A DNA stretch of 64,000 nucleotides from an uncultured Pseudomonadota bacterium (lineage in GTDB: Bacteria; Myxococcota_A; Polyangia; Fen-1088). Positions 63,852-64,000 of the stretch are shown here, in pieces. The translations under genes were made by a program, and so were the position numbers. Positions within the stretch are counted from its first letter, which is position 1. Each line of letters opens with the position of its first letter. The notes under the pieces were generated by a model. It searched no databases. It had not been told where the DNA came from and worked only from the letters and a program-made list of their open reading frames with translations. The stretch is taken from contig CAVQDT010000008.1 in assembly GCA_963711305.1 (NCBI GenBank), positions 512,446-576,445 on the forward strand, read 5' to 3'.

Positions 63852-64000
63852 CGCCGGGCGCGATCAGGGCGCCGGCGGTTGCGAGATTCAGCTTGCCGGC
63901 GCCGGCGTTCGCCATCACGTGGTTGCGCACGGCATCGGGCGTGGTCCCGACGACGTAGGGGTAGGGCGGCGTCCAGCCGATCGCGTTGGTAAAGGCGTCG
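63799..64000 (-). CDS. Possible 3-prime end of a minus-strand gene entering from the right edge, unknown function
   Basis: A high-GC3 frame reads DAFTNAIGWTPPYPYVVGTTPDAVRNHVMANAGAGKLNLATAGALIAPG. As sequenced it stays open to 63799, overlapping the VOC gene by 53 nt. A frame error could place the true stop at the shared CTAG near 63850. Confidence 0.25.
   Translation of the reverse strand, partial: DAFTNAIGWTPPYPYVVGTTPDAVRNHVMANAGAGKLNLATAGALIAPGASRRRPASPCGASSPPG

Overview
High-GC (about 70%) chromosomal window with roughly 60 protein genes. I saw no rRNA, tRNA, CRISPR array, transposase or integrase. The gene content suggests a Myxococcota/Polyangia-like soil bacterium: a PEGA-tailed Ser/Thr kinase, FHA-GGDEF, a sigma-54 NtrC-type activator, an ECF sigma factor, Cys-rich lipoproteins and secreted glycoside hydrolases carrying CBM modules. 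That assignment is an inference, not a database result.

Gene content, left to right:
- Lhr-like helicase N-terminus, orphan dnaK, lgt, an OprO/P-like porin, sixA and FHA-GGDEF.
- A minus-strand HK - HDAC-like deacetylase - LMF1-like - MFS unit, then rpsI-rplM and an alanine-type aminotransferase.
- A stand-alone LigD polymerase domain, a PA0069/SplB-like radical SAM gene, THUMP and TlyA methyltransferases, tandem Usp and a CBS protein.
- A 650-bp lower-GC non-coding island, the Ser/Thr kinase, an RR - PAS-HK - RR set and trxC.
- A nine-kb minus-strand ABC transporter - UAAP1/UAAP2 - urea (guanidine-type) carboxylase operon, followed by gloA.
- An ECF sigma/anti-sigma module with CBM48-like domains, and a lectin-like protein next to a GH28 enzyme.
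- A sigma-54-promoted small ORF + ABC (one ATPase, two FtsX permeases) + NtrC + HK module.
- An aldo/keto reductase and a tautomerase.
- Convergent GH5 and expansin-like genes, each with three CBM10-like Cys modules.
- XRE-cupin, GST, a ferritin-like protein and a VOC protein.

The dominant global feature is frame disruption. About 22 genes can only be read as full-length homolog-like proteins by changing frame 1 to 6 times, about 45 changes in total. Nearly all changes go in the direction expected from one extra base. A 15.7-kb block (39.8-55.5 kb) has none. I label these genes as pseudogenes as sequenced, but systematic assembly or polishing insertions are at least as likely as real decay.

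The best candidates for undescribed biology are the ECF/anti-sigma/outer-membrane-barrel module sharing a CBM48-like domain (41.7-45.1 kb) and the self-contained sigma-54 ABC module (48.3-54.8 kb). Also notable are the 23.3-24.0 kb non-coding island and a 103-bp nested palindromic element at 40.64 kb.

All function calls come from motif and family recognition by eye. No searches were run.
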